DNA from: a virus
IMG/VR virus record: IMGVR_UViG_3300032050_000075
Span: 1 to 64,000 of that record
Strand: one strand, 5' to 3'
Length of the DNA stretch: 64,000 bases
The notes beneath the pieces were generated by a model that saw nothing but the letters and a program-made list of their open reading frames with translations, was not told the DNA's origin and ran no database searches. Position 1 is the stretch's first letter. Each line of letters begins with the position of its first letter. Positions 48,065-58,316 of this stretch are shown here, one piece after another. The position numbers and the translations under genes were made by a program.

Positions 48065-49981
48065 TTACTTTTTACCTTTAGTTTTCTTAAGCATCTGAGG
48101 TGTCAGAAAAAACAAATCTGCAGTATCATACATCATCATACCACCATATTGTGCCCCTGTATATCCTACAGGAACCATTTGATCTGGCGCAGAATCAGCA
48201 CCTGCTGGATTATTAAATGCGGTCCAACCACTATATTGACCTACATTATTTGCCCATTGGTCAGGACGCATACTTATACGCTCAAATTTCTTCTGATTTG
48301 GAGCCTCAAACATGCTATTTATAACATTAGTTCCTAAATCAACCTTAGGCATAAAATTAGGATCAAAGTTTTTAACTCTACTTACATCATATCCTACTTC
48401 AAATTCTCCTTGATCTGCTGGTTCAGCAGCTTTGGATGGATCAATGTATTGAGATTTACCTTCTGCATTAAGCTTGTAGTTATCCATGTTAACCATGTCT
48501 AATGTTTTCTGCCAAGGTGCTTGAAATCCAGTTTGGCTAGGTCCTGTCATACCTTGATACATTGGCAATACATATGGTCCTCCCATTCTGAATGGAAGGT
48601 TATCTTCGCCATCAGAGAATTCACCAGAAAATCTAGTATCTAGATTTTGCTTAGGTGCGGTTTGATTATCTATATAGGGTTGATTTACAACAGGCTTCTT
48701 CATTGCAGCTTTTTTCTTAGCTACATTAGGATCCATTGAGTTAGTATTAGAAGGTGCTTGACTAGTCCCAGAGTTTCTACCAACCTGCATAGCATCCCAA
48801 TCCTGCATTGCTCCTATTCTATATTTTGCATATTCAACTTCTTTAGGATCATTAGAATTTAATTGCTGAAGCAATCTTTCTCTTTGGGTCATGTTTGTCC
48901 CAATAAACTTTTCATCTAAATCAGGATACTTACTATTTGTAATATAATCAGCATCAGGACTCATAGACGAGGCAGCAGTTCTAGCAGCAGCTTGTTGTGC
49001 AGCAACTTGTGCATTAACACTAGGTGCATTATCAGGACCAAATAGATACTCATTCATGTATGGCCCATATGGACTCATTCCTTGAGTACCTGGTGCTGTT
49101 TGCTGATTCTGAGCTGGAGCAGGAGTAGTAGTTGTTGCTGGTTGACCTGGTACCGTTGGATCAAACCCTTTTTGACCAGGCATTAGATAAGGGGTACCCT
49201 TAAATTCTTGTTGGCCAGGTTGATTCTTAAATTTAATATTTACCTTTTTAATTCTATTTTTAGGGAGTATAGCCGCTCTTGTTTCATAGGAAATATCAGC
49301 AATATTAGCTGCGCCTGTTTTAATAGCTTCTAATTGTTCTGGAGTAAGATCTCCAAGTCCTTTTCCTTTTTGTTCTCTAATATTTCTCCAACTGGTTTTA
49401 TTATTTGGAATATAGAAGTTAAAAGGTTGGTTTCCACCGAATTGACCAACGGCTAATTGCTTCATATCACTTGATGAATCGTCTTCACTATTCATGATAC
49501 CAGCCATTATGTTCTTATACGCAGTTTGACGAAGTTTGTCAAAAAAGTCATTTGTCTTTTGCGTATAGAACGTCTGATCCTTTCCTGGTTCCTGCATCGA
49601 TGATCCACCGTTCTGCATAGCATAAAAAGCAGAACCTCCTACAGGACCCTGTGGATATAATTTAGCTTGAGGATATGCCTCCATATAACTACCACCTACA
49701 GCATAAGCATTATTACTGTTACTATAGACAGGGCTAAAGAACTGTGCTTCAGTCTGGATTTGTGGATATACAGGTCCTCCATAAGCATGAATGGTCGGAG
49801 GCACAGGTACGCCGTAACTAAAGAAGTTATTGGCAGTTGCTATTTGAGGAAATGCTTCAGGTAAACCTCCCATTTTCATTTTATAGGCGGGATAAGCATT
49901 AGTAAATGCTTCTTCTGTAGGATACATTCTATAGAATTCATCCTCAGTAAAACCTGTAAGTTTTAGAATTTCTTTTTTCAT
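48065..49981 (-). CDS. low-complexity putative internal virion protein with GG repeats
   Basis: 638 aa, Q/P/G/M-rich; starts EDEFYRMYPTEEAF; several GG motifs. Confidence 0.6.
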   Translation of the reverse strand: MKKEILKLTGFTEDEFYRMYPTEEAFTNAYPAYKMKMGGLPEAFPQIATANNFFSYGVPVPPTIHAYGGPVYPQIQTEAQFFSPVYSNSNNAYAVGGSYMEAYPQAKLYPQGPVGGSAFYAMQNGGSSMQEPGKDQTFYTQKTNDFFDKLRQTAYKNIMAGIMNSEDDSSSDMKQLAVGQFGGNQPFNFYIPNNKTSWRNIREQKGKGLGDLTPEQLEAIKTGAANIADISYETRAAILPKNRIKKVNIKFKNQPGQQEFKGTPYLMPGQKGFDPTVPGQPATTTTPAPAQNQQTAPGTQGMSPYGPYMNEYLFGPDNAPSVNAQVAAQQAAARTAASSMSPDADYITNSKYPDLDEKFIGTNMTQRERLLQQLNSNDPKEVEYAKYRIGAMQDWDAMQVGRNSGTSQAPSNTNSMDPNVAKKKAAMKKPVVNQPYIDNQTAPKQNLDTRFSGEFSDGEDNLPFRMGGPYVLPMYQGMTGPSQTGFQAPWQKTLDMVNMDNYKLNAEGKSQYIDPSKAAEPADQGEFEVGYDVSRVKNFDPNFMPKVDLGTNVINSMFEAPNQKKFERISMRPDQWANNVGQYSGWTAFNNPAGADSAPDQMVPVGYTGAQYGGMMMYDTADLFFLTPQMLKKTKGKK

Positions 49982-50022
49982 GAAATTTATTTGTAATTAT
50001 CCAACTACCATATGCCTTTTGA

Positions 50023-50030
50023 CAAAGATA
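50023..50030 (-). promoter_or_regulatory. Bacteroidota -7 promoter element TATCTTTG
   Basis: TAnnTTTG match in the intergenic gap 41 nt upstream of ATG49981; no TTG at 19-nt spacing. Confidence 0.4.
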
Positions 50031-50058
50031 AGTCTTTATACTTAATATAGTTATAATC

Positions 50059-51642
50059 TTAATAGTTATCTAACCATCCACCTTGTTTTTTTACTGGAAT
50101 TGTTGGGTCAAAAAACTTTGGAATAGGTCTATCATAATCTAGCCCATGCATTCTTTTATTATAACCCCTCCAATAATTTGCTTCATTTCCCCATCTACCG
50201 CTAAGTTCATCCATTAAATACATCTGTTCTTGCTTGTCAAGTTCAGGATATTTTTTTAGGTATGGTGCATTTGCTGTAGAATTAGGCTGAGGCTTTGGCT
50301 TAGTAGAATTAATTATTTGTTCTGTTCCCCTTCTTAATGCCTTTCTTATTTCTGCTAACTCGGTGTCCTTGTTATCTGGTCGATACTGCATTAATTCTAC
50401 AACTGGCTTAGCCGAACCAAGTAATGCGTAATCTATTGGACCTAGAGTAGATTGAATAGCACCGGAAGGCAATTGCCTACTATTTCTTACTGCTTCCTGT
50501 AATTTTTGTTCTTGGAGCAGCTGTGCATTTTTTACAGTAGGGCCAATCTCTGGATTGTATCCTGGCAGATTAGCTTTTACCTGAGTTCCTTCTTGATACT
50601 TATCTAGCCAACCACCATATCTAAAGTTAGGTGCAGGTACTACCTTAGGTGCCTGTTTATATATATCCTCTTCTTTAATCTTAGATAGAACTGCTGCTGT
50701 ATTACTTGGAGGCATATATGTCATAGGCATAAGACCTGTATTCGGCATTTCAAGTCTAGCCTCTCTATATGGTGTAGGTTCTACTTTAGGCTTTTCTTTA
50801 TATACTGGTTTAATTGGTAGGTCAATAGCTTTAATTTTTTTTGCTTCTTTCGTAACCCAAGGATAATCCTCTCTTTCCCAACCATATGCTTTTTCATTTT
50901 CTCTGGCCAGTGCAACAGCAGCATCATATGTGCTCTTTCTGTATCTATCAGGAAGACTATTCCAAGCATTTGCGTTTTGTAAATATTCCTGATATACTTT
51001 ATTATAAGATTGATTAGCTTTTTTAAACTCTAATGGATCATCATAGTATTTTACCTGCTGACCTTTCTGAGCTTTATCTAACCAATTAGGTCTAGATAGA
51101 TCTGGTATAGATATATCTCCGCCGTTTGCATAATTTGGATACCTTAAAAATCCTTCTTTGTTTTCTATAGGAAACCCTAGTTTATTAACTTCTGGATTTA
51201 AACTATACTGTAAAAACTCTTTCCAGGATGTAGGATACCTTTTAGCCTTTAGCCATTCTCCTGTTTCATAATCTATAGATGGTAGATGCCCAAACTCATC
51301 CTCATTGTATAGTTCTTTGGCCCTATTAATATTATATCTCTCATCTTTAAACAGTGCAGAAGTTCCTTCGTACGGAAAACTATCTTCTGGCAATTCCTCT
51401 GCAGATACAATAGATTCTTTTATTTGCTTACCATATTGTGCCATTGGTATTTCATATACCATTTTTCCAGGAAACTGATAGTTACCTCCGGGCTGCATTA
51501 TAATTGGAGGTTGACCAGGTACATATCCCATTACAGGATATGGTACACCTTGCATTGTTATTCTACCATCTTCTGTTGGAACTGCAGTAGGCTGTCCTGG
51601 ATACTTCCATTGTCCGTACTTGCTTACTTTAAACTTTGCCAT
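50059..51642 (-). CDS. putative internal virion protein with GGWLD repeats
   Basis: 527 aa; N-domain GQWKYPG...ITMQGVPYPV; WLDK/WLDN occurs three times. Confidence 0.6.
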   Translation of the reverse strand: MAKFKVSKYGQWKYPGQPTAVPTEDGRITMQGVPYPVMGYVPGQPPIIMQPGGNYQFPGKMVYEIPMAQYGKQIKESIVSAEELPEDSFPYEGTSALFKDERYNINRAKELYNEDEFGHLPSIDYETGEWLKAKRYPTSWKEFLQYSLNPEVNKLGFPIENKEGFLRYPNYANGGDISIPDLSRPNWLDKAQKGQQVKYYDDPLEFKKANQSYNKVYQEYLQNANAWNSLPDRYRKSTYDAAVALARENEKAYGWEREDYPWVTKEAKKIKAIDLPIKPVYKEKPKVEPTPYREARLEMPNTGLMPMTYMPPSNTAAVLSKIKEEDIYKQAPKVVPAPNFRYGGWLDKYQEGTQVKANLPGYNPEIGPTVKNAQLLQEQKLQEAVRNSRQLPSGAIQSTLGPIDYALLGSAKPVVELMQYRPDNKDTELAEIRKALRRGTEQIINSTKPKPQPNSTANAPYLKKYPELDKQEQMYLMDELSGRWGNEANYWRGYNKRMHGLDYDRPIPKFFDPTIPVKKQGGWLDNY

Positions 51643-54600
51643 TATCTCGGAGAATTTAGAAGCTTGTTGTTGATTACTTTGAGTAGCATTTTTACGTTGC
51701 CTGATATCTTCTTAGTCAGCACTACGTGATTTAAGTAATGTCTAAACTTTTTACGCTGGAATGCTGGTTTAGCATAATTCAGATTATTAGGATTTAGAAC
51801 TCTTATATAACCATTAAGCTCTGTATCCCAGATTGATTGCTGTACAAGTGTACCAGCAAAGAATTCTCCTCTGTCATTCGTAATGTCCCAGAACTGATTA
51901 AATCTAATCTTCTGCTCTTCCTTAGAGTAAAGGATATCTATATTAGATAGATTTACTTTTGGGAATCCTAAAATCATTGGTGCATTATTCTTAGGAGTTG
52001 CATTTAGCCTAAGTACACCAGATGTCTGCTCTGTATTGTAAACAATAGCCTCATCAAAGTTATGATCTAATACTTGGAATCTGTCAATGCCATCTCTATC
52101 GTATACATACGATTCAAGTAAGTATTCTACGCTTCTTGTTGTATTAACTGTTTGACCTGTAGATGATACATAATCAATCTCCCAAGGATATTCAATTCCA
52201 TAAAAACGGCAGAAAGTACTGCTTGTAAAATTAGCATGCTTCCAAATAAAACTATCATAACCAGCATACTTATAGGTAAGGAATCCTCTTGAACTAGCCA
52301 TCACATAATCAGGATGCCAATCATGGAATGATAACCAAGATTTTGTTTTAGTATCAAAACTTACTGTCCATGACACGTCATCAAAATATCTTAAATCTCT
52401 TACAGTAGTTCTTACATTAAGATTAAAACCACGGATTGATATCTGACCATCTCCTAAATAACGTACCCCACCTTCATATTCAGGTTTAATTTTAAAATCC
52501 CGCTTAGAGAAATAAAGTACTCCATTGTCATTATCATATACAACTTGACATGCAATACCTAGTGTTGGATTACCTATCAAATCAAAATCTGGTATTCTAT
52601 CTAATAAAAAGTATTTTAGGTACTTAGAGAACCACCATTTCATACCCATATCGGATATTGCCATAAGGCCATCAGCTACAGTAAATATCTTACCCTGTGC
52701 AGCGCTCATCCAGTAAATACCTGCTGGAGTATTGACAACGCTTAGTCTATCTTGACATGATCCATGTAAGAACTGAGCATCAGCATTATTTAATGTTTGT
52801 AATGGCTGACTAAATAATCCTCCATCACCAATGGTAATTTTAGTTCCAGCAACAGTTTGAAGTTGGTCTACAGCATTAAATAACAGCGGAGTAGAATTCT
52901 CAAATAATATGATTGCCCCGTTCTTATTGATTGATTTAAAGGCAGTTACACGATCTGAAAAGTCATTATAGTTATTTACAAGATAAACTCTCCAGTAATC
53001 TTTCTTATCCTCTTTAGTCTGGGGTAAGGAGTATATTACCCTATTAGGGAAATAAGTAAAGCATGTTTCGGCTACCTCTGGATTATAGGATCTGTCTTGC
53101 AGATTTCCCCAAGATATATAACTATTGTAAATCTTAGAAAGACCAAGAGAAATATCATATTTATAGTAGTTTCCAAACTTAATAATATCTGTATCGAATA
53201 GCTCCCTTAGGTTGCTATAACCATAAGGGTCATATATGCGTTCTTGTTTTATTTCTCCCCAGTCCCTTAAATCAACGTTGTATTCTGATTCTACAAAGAA
53301 ATCTCTTACTCCTGATTGAAATAAATACATGTAACTATTTCTTACCCCAAATCTAAACGTTAGAGTAACAGGCAAGTCTAAACCAAATATAGAAAGACCA
53401 TCCGTATCTAAATTATACTTTGATGAGGGTAATAATAACGATAAGGAATCTATAAATCCAGTAGCGTCATCATCATCAAATATATTTTCAAAAACCTCTC
53501 CAAATCCTTGAAATAAATCCGATCCATCAAATTTGGTAAAATCAGCATAAAATCTTGGGTAATTGATCATATATCTGGTAGTATAATCAATCTCAGTCCC
53601 ATCAGTAACATTGTATAACCAATCAAAGAAATAAAAGAAAGTATTCTTTTCTGTGTATCTTCCAATATAAACATCACCTCCTAATATTACAGATGTAGAT
53701 CTCACCACTACTCTAGCACCAGTCGCATCAGCAAAAAATGATGGTATTTCTTGTCCATTAGAAAAAACATTTACCGAACAACCTGTTGGAATTTGTTTTG
53801 GTGAATCTATCTGACCGTATTGATTTCTATATCTTACTTTTAATCCAGCATAATAACACGAACTTGTTGTTCTAAAATATCCTGAGCTTGGATCTTTATA
53901 TGTAATACCATAGTTTTTGACATAGTCGGAAGTCTCGCCTAATGTTATTACTGTTCCAATTGTTTGTACAGATGCATCAACTAATAATGGATTCTGTACA
54001 TTAAATGGTCCAACTTGCAATCCTATGCATTGGGATCTATATAAATTATTTACTTCTTTATCACCAAGAACACTAAATTGATTTTCTAAATAAGTAGAAT
54101 CAGAAATCGATCTACGGGTATTTCCTAGTTTTACATTACCTGGTTTTATTACAGCAAGATCAATATGAGAAATTGATCTATAGACATAGTCTCTATAGGG
54201 CACTATGGCCCTTACTAAATCTAATACTGCGCTAGTACTTGACCCCCAGTAAAATGCAAATGTTGGGATAGACCCAAGAAGTTGTAAAGCCTGAGGTAAA
54301 TGCTTAAAATCTGAAGATGTAAGTTCTACCGATTGGCTACCTCCTCCAATAAATGCACCTGGAAGTGAGGCAGTTAGATATGTACCATATGCAGCATCTT
54401 CTCCAAAAATGTTACTTGCAAAATTAGCAAAGGTGTTATATGTTTGTGAATATGCTGTAAAGGCTCCTGGGGCATTAGCTTCTATTTTTCTTACATTATC
54501 ACCCCGCATGGCCCTGGCTGCGTAAGCCATACCTACTATTGTTGATATTAGATATGCAAAATTGGTTAGCAGTTTTTGTTTTGGATATCCTGGAACAGGT

Positions 54601-56714
54601 TCAAAACTACCCTTCATGTTGTAGTTATGCCCTAGTTCTCCATATAACTTTAATTCTGATGCAGATAAAAAAGGTCTCTGAAAATTAGTGTCGGGAGAAT
54701 GAAATGTAAAAAAGGTTTGGCTATACGCACTTAACCAATAGTCTGGATCATCTTTTTCTTGCCTAACATTACCACCATAACTAGTAAGAGTAAAATCACG
54801 CCCAAGATAATTTCCAACATAGTTAGGATAAAGTATTTCTTTTGCATCTGGTGATGGTAGGTCAGTTCCAAGATCCTCCCTATAGGATCTCATATTATTA
54901 ACTATACCTTTGGCTACTATGGTTCTATTACCTTGTCTATTACTTCTTAATATTTCATATCCAACAATTCCAGGAATAACTAGACCATTATTATCTACAG
55001 GAGCTTTAATATTTTCAAACTCAACACCTAGTAATCTTATTGCAACTGGTCGTGCAATACCACCTCCAATTGTAGTATCTACCCTTACATGACTATAGTT
55101 TAAATTAGGATATGGATCAATAACCCCCTCACCATCGGAATATAAAAAGTCAGCAGGCATTTTATGGTGCCTAATTGGTAGTCCGCATAAGTCATTAATA
55201 GGGTCACTTGTACCGGCCCATTGATATTGAGTAGCATTCCAAACATTTGGTTTATCAGCAGGATATGATTCTGTAGATTCCCAATATCCCATTTTACCTC
55301 TAGCAATAACATTTCCTACTACTAGAGGTGCGTTATCATTTGGAAGTATATTAGGTAACGATGTAGCATATGCTGTATTTACAACTTCCCAAACTTTTGT
55401 ATCATAGTTAGGATCATTAAACCTTTCTATATTATCTCTATTTATTGCTCCATAGGTAGCTATTTCCCATGGCTGTGCAGCTCTTCCTGGAATATGATAA
55501 GAACTTGATCTTTCTCCAGTATTATAAACCCATCTAATCCAGAAACAGTATTGCTCATCTCGCATGTATCCAGTTTCATTACCACCTTTTTCATAGTAAT
55601 CTGCTGGATATTCTACCATTACCCAATTTGTTCTAATCTGATTAGCCAGTGGCTGATAATTAAAATCAAATCGTCCAGTAGGTGCAGTTCTAATCAAATA
55701 GTTATTTACAGCATATACTGCTTCTGATTTTTCGTATATACCAGATCTTAAAGGAATGTATTGAATGGGAACGGTTTCAAGTTCTGGATTTATATTATCA
55801 AGAGATATGGCATTAGTTTGCGTACTATAATAACCAATAATTCTAGCTACAGTCTGTTGATTAATAGTAGAAACTATAACTAATTGAAACTCGCTAAAGT
55901 TATCTGTATCAAGATTACTAAAATTAATATCAATAGAGCCTTGAAGATTCTCGTGACTAAAAATTGGCTGAACTTGAGAAGGGTTGAAATAATCTGTAAC
56001 ACGTTGTTGATTAATACTATAGGCAACTGTTGCATAATATGATCCATTTGGTAACTGACCGCCGCTGTATCCTTTTTGAATAGTAATACAAGGAATACTC
56101 ATTAAACTGCTTATTCGTGTTCTTTCTACATCTAGAGTAAGCGGTACATTTGGAGTACAGTCTATGCAAGGTCCTGGTAAAGAATCAGTACATTCATATG
56201 GTACACCCGTCCATGGTTCATCATTTAAAACTTCCGGATAATTACCCAATGTAATATCTCCAATGTTTAAAGTCCTATCTGGATTAAGTCCATCTGCCCA
56301 ATAAATTTGATATGTGCAATCAAAATTTGATTTAGCTGCACCAATTATATTATTAGATCTTCTAAAATTCCATTGTGCATCACGACTGATAACATAATAA
56401 CTTCGGGACTTTTCTTTAAATAGGCCTACCTCCGACATTATATCGTCGGTACTAAATAATACCCAATAGTCTTCAATAACAGGTACAGCACCTATTAATG
56501 AATAAGATAGTTGTGTCCAGGGAATGTTTGATGGTTCATTTCCAACAACACCTAAATCACCCTGACTAGAATTATTTACAAGATTTCTTGCGTGGTACCA
56601 TGTGCCTTCAGGCATAAATGACTCAGACATGTCCTTAACCATTCCTTTGTTAAAGGAATTAGTTGTGGCACTAGATGTTTGATCAGATGGTGTATTTTGA
56701 TTTTTCTTAGCCAT
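51642..56714 (-). CDS. tail stabilization (muzzle/nozzle) protein
   Basis: 1690 aa; FNKGMVKD N-terminus, FHSPD, GGDVYIGR and WLSFHDWHP motifs; synteny with ring proteins. Confidence 0.78.
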   Translation of the reverse strand: MAKKNQNTPSDQTSSATTNSFNKGMVKDMSESFMPEGTWYHARNLVNNSSQGDLGVVGNEPSNIPWTQLSYSLIGAVPVIEDYWVLFSTDDIMSEVGLFKEKSRSYYVISRDAQWNFRRSNNIIGAAKSNFDCTYQIYWADGLNPDRTLNIGDITLGNYPEVLNDEPWTGVPYECTDSLPGPCIDCTPNVPLTLDVERTRISSLMSIPCITIQKGYSGGQLPNGSYYATVAYSINQQRVTDYFNPSQVQPIFSHENLQGSIDINFSNLDTDNFSEFQLVIVSTINQQTVARIIGYYSTQTNAISLDNINPELETVPIQYIPLRSGIYEKSEAVYAVNNYLIRTAPTGRFDFNYQPLANQIRTNWVMVEYPADYYEKGGNETGYMRDEQYCFWIRWVYNTGERSSSYHIPGRAAQPWEIATYGAINRDNIERFNDPNYDTKVWEVVNTAYATSLPNILPNDNAPLVVGNVIARGKMGYWESTESYPADKPNVWNATQYQWAGTSDPINDLCGLPIRHHKMPADFLYSDGEGVIDPYPNLNYSHVRVDTTIGGGIARPVAIRLLGVEFENIKAPVDNNGLVIPGIVGYEILRSNRQGNRTIVAKGIVNNMRSYREDLGTDLPSPDAKEILYPNYVGNYLGRDFTLTSYGGNVRQEKDDPDYWLSAYSQTFFTFHSPDTNFQRPFLSASELKLYGELGHNYNMKGSFEPVPGYPKQKLLTNFAYLISTIVGMAYAARAMRGDNVRKIEANAPGAFTAYSQTYNTFANFASNIFGEDAAYGTYLTASLPGAFIGGGSQSVELTSSDFKHLPQALQLLGSIPTFAFYWGSSTSAVLDLVRAIVPYRDYVYRSISHIDLAVIKPGNVKLGNTRRSISDSTYLENQFSVLGDKEVNNLYRSQCIGLQVGPFNVQNPLLVDASVQTIGTVITLGETSDYVKNYGITYKDPSSGYFRTTSSCYYAGLKVRYRNQYGQIDSPKQIPTGCSVNVFSNGQEIPSFFADATGARVVVRSTSVILGGDVYIGRYTEKNTFFYFFDWLYNVTDGTEIDYTTRYMINYPRFYADFTKFDGSDLFQGFGEVFENIFDDDDATGFIDSLSLLLPSSKYNLDTDGLSIFGLDLPVTLTFRFGVRNSYMYLFQSGVRDFFVESEYNVDLRDWGEIKQERIYDPYGYSNLRELFDTDIIKFGNYYKYDISLGLSKIYNSYISWGNLQDRSYNPEVAETCFTYFPNRVIYSLPQTKEDKKDYWRVYLVNNYNDFSDRVTAFKSINKNGAIILFENSTPLLFNAVDQLQTVAGTKITIGDGGLFSQPLQTLNNADAQFLHGSCQDRLSVVNTPAGIYWMSAAQGKIFTVADGLMAISDMGMKWWFSKYLKYFLLDRIPDFDLIGNPTLGIACQVVYDNDNGVLYFSKRDFKIKPEYEGGVRYLGDGQISIRGFNLNVRTTVRDLRYFDDVSWTVSFDTKTKSWLSFHDWHPDYVMASSRGFLTYKYAGYDSFIWKHANFTSSTFCRFYGIEYPWEIDYVSSTGQTVNTTRSVEYLLESYVYDRDGIDRFQVLDHNFDEAIVYNTEQTSGVLRLNATPKNNAPMILGFPKVNLSNIDILYSKEEQKIRFNQFWDITNDRGEFFAGTLVQQSIWDTELNGYIRVLNPNNLNYAKPAFQRKKFRHYLNHVVLTKKISGNVKMLLKVINNKLLNSPR

Positions 56715-56716
56715 TA

Positions 56717-57622
56717 TTACACAGCATTATTTACTCTCAAGTTTGACGTTGGATAAGGATATGACTTAAACATATCATAGTACTTACCATACATTGCTTT
56801 TCTGTTAGCAGCCCATAATTTTTCCATTTCAGAGAAATTAGGAGTATTAACAACAGAAAGAGCATTGTTTCTTGCGGCTCTGTATTCCTGCATTACCAAC
56901 TGTAACTGGGCAGTTACATTACTGCCATCCATTAAAAGATTTTCTAAAATCCTTTTCTTTAGTGCGTACTCATAGTACTCATTAAGGTAAGGATGATCTG
57001 GTACCATAAGATTACCGTCTTCATCCTCAAGCGTTCCCTGGTAGTTTATATATAAGTTGCCTTCCTCAAAATTTGTATAAATCCAACCGTCTTTAATATA
57101 AGCCTCGTCCTTTGCTATGTATCCTAAGCTAGGACAGTCTTTATCAACGTATTGCGAATTTTTAAATCTAATTGGTGTAAAATGAGAATACGTTCTTGTC
57201 TCAGTATTAACTACTTGAATTAACTGATAACTTGATCCGCACTGAGTTAAACATACTGGCTGTTGAGGTAATGACACATTGGAACAATAGTTCTGCTCTA
57301 CCCAAGGTCTCCATTCTGGTGTAACCTGTTGAATATTAGTACCTTGTGGTGGTGTAAATGTATATGTTGCATCTCCACAAAGAAGTGCAAAGTTCATTAC
57401 ATAAAAATCATCTGGTAACTTAACGCGACTCTTGCATACCTCTACAAGACGTTCTTTGGTCATATAGATTCTTAGACCAAGGTCATAATTTACACGTATT
57501 GCAACTTTAAGAAGTTGGGCAGGATCTACAGTACCGTCAGTTGCTAAACTTCTAAGATCAAGCTTAACATCCTCAAGTAAGGAATCAAATGACCGGTATT
57601 TAAGAGTATATGCAATGTCCAT
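56717..57622 (-). CDS. tail ring/adaptor protein
   Basis: LPDDFY and IYTNFEEG.LYINY...DEDGNLMVPD motifs; position directly upstream of the stabilization protein. Confidence 0.7.
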   Translation of the reverse strand: MDIAYTLKYRSFDSLLEDVKLDLRSLATDGTVDPAQLLKVAIRVNYDLGLRIYMTKERLVEVCKSRVKLPDDFYVMNFALLCGDATYTFTPPQGTNIQQVTPEWRPWVEQNYCSNVSLPQQPVCLTQCGSSYQLIQVVNTETRTYSHFTPIRFKNSQYVDKDCPSLGYIAKDEAYIKDGWIYTNFEEGNLYINYQGTLEDEDGNLMVPDHPYLNEYYEYALKKRILENLLMDGSNVTAQLQLVMQEYRAARNNALSVVNTPNFSEMEKLWAANRKAMYGKYYDMFKSYPYPTSNLRVNNAV

Positions 57623-57623
57623 C

Positions 57624-58316
57624 TTAGCGTTCTATTATATAATTAGAATAATTGATTTTTTTAAGAATCTGTCTAGGCTTGCCATAATAAAACTTATGGA
57701 TCAAAGTATCTCTTTTGATGTTTAAGAAATCTTCAACTTCTCTCTTACTATTAAATATAGTAACTTCTCCTGTTATTGTATTAGTAAGAGTTACTAGTTT
57801 TCCTTTTTTTCTAGATCCTATTGATTTTTTTCTAGCTTCTTTTATAGCTTCAATATGAGATTCGGTATAGTTTCTTTTTTGCCCTATAAGTTTTTTTGTT
57901 CTTGCGGCAACCCATTCCTTAGGTTGTTTCTTTCCTTTTAAAGATGAAGATTTTCCTATTCTGTTTAATCTTTTACGCTCTTTAGCTTCATTTGTTAAAG
58001 AACCTAAATCTTCTCCACCATGCGTAAGATTATAACCTTTATCTCTATTACATGTTTCATAAGAACTTATCCAAAACATTTCAAATTCTTTAAGTTCTTC
58101 CTGCAAGCATTCCTGAACTAGAAATGCAACAAAAGGAGATTTTGAATATGCTGCTTGAAGATATTCATTGTAATGCTGCTTCCTTACTAAATCTTTTGTG
58201 TGTTGATTTATTCTGCTTAGTATATTTCTGGAAAGTCCAATATATTTCTTACCATTGCTTTTATTCAAAAGACAGTAGATACCGCATGTATTATTTTTTA
58301 TGTTTAGTATTTCCAT
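57624..58316 (-). mobile_element. free-standing GIY-YIG homing endonuclease with basic NUMOD-like C-terminus
   Basis: CGIYCL...KKYIGLS...R...H, HYNEYLQ and GYNLTHGG motifs; inserted between two ring-protein genes. Confidence 0.85.

Noticed and set aside
57624-58316. Group I intron around the GIY-YIG gene
   Set aside because: There is no non-coding flank for a ribozyme core, and both neighbouring genes look complete.
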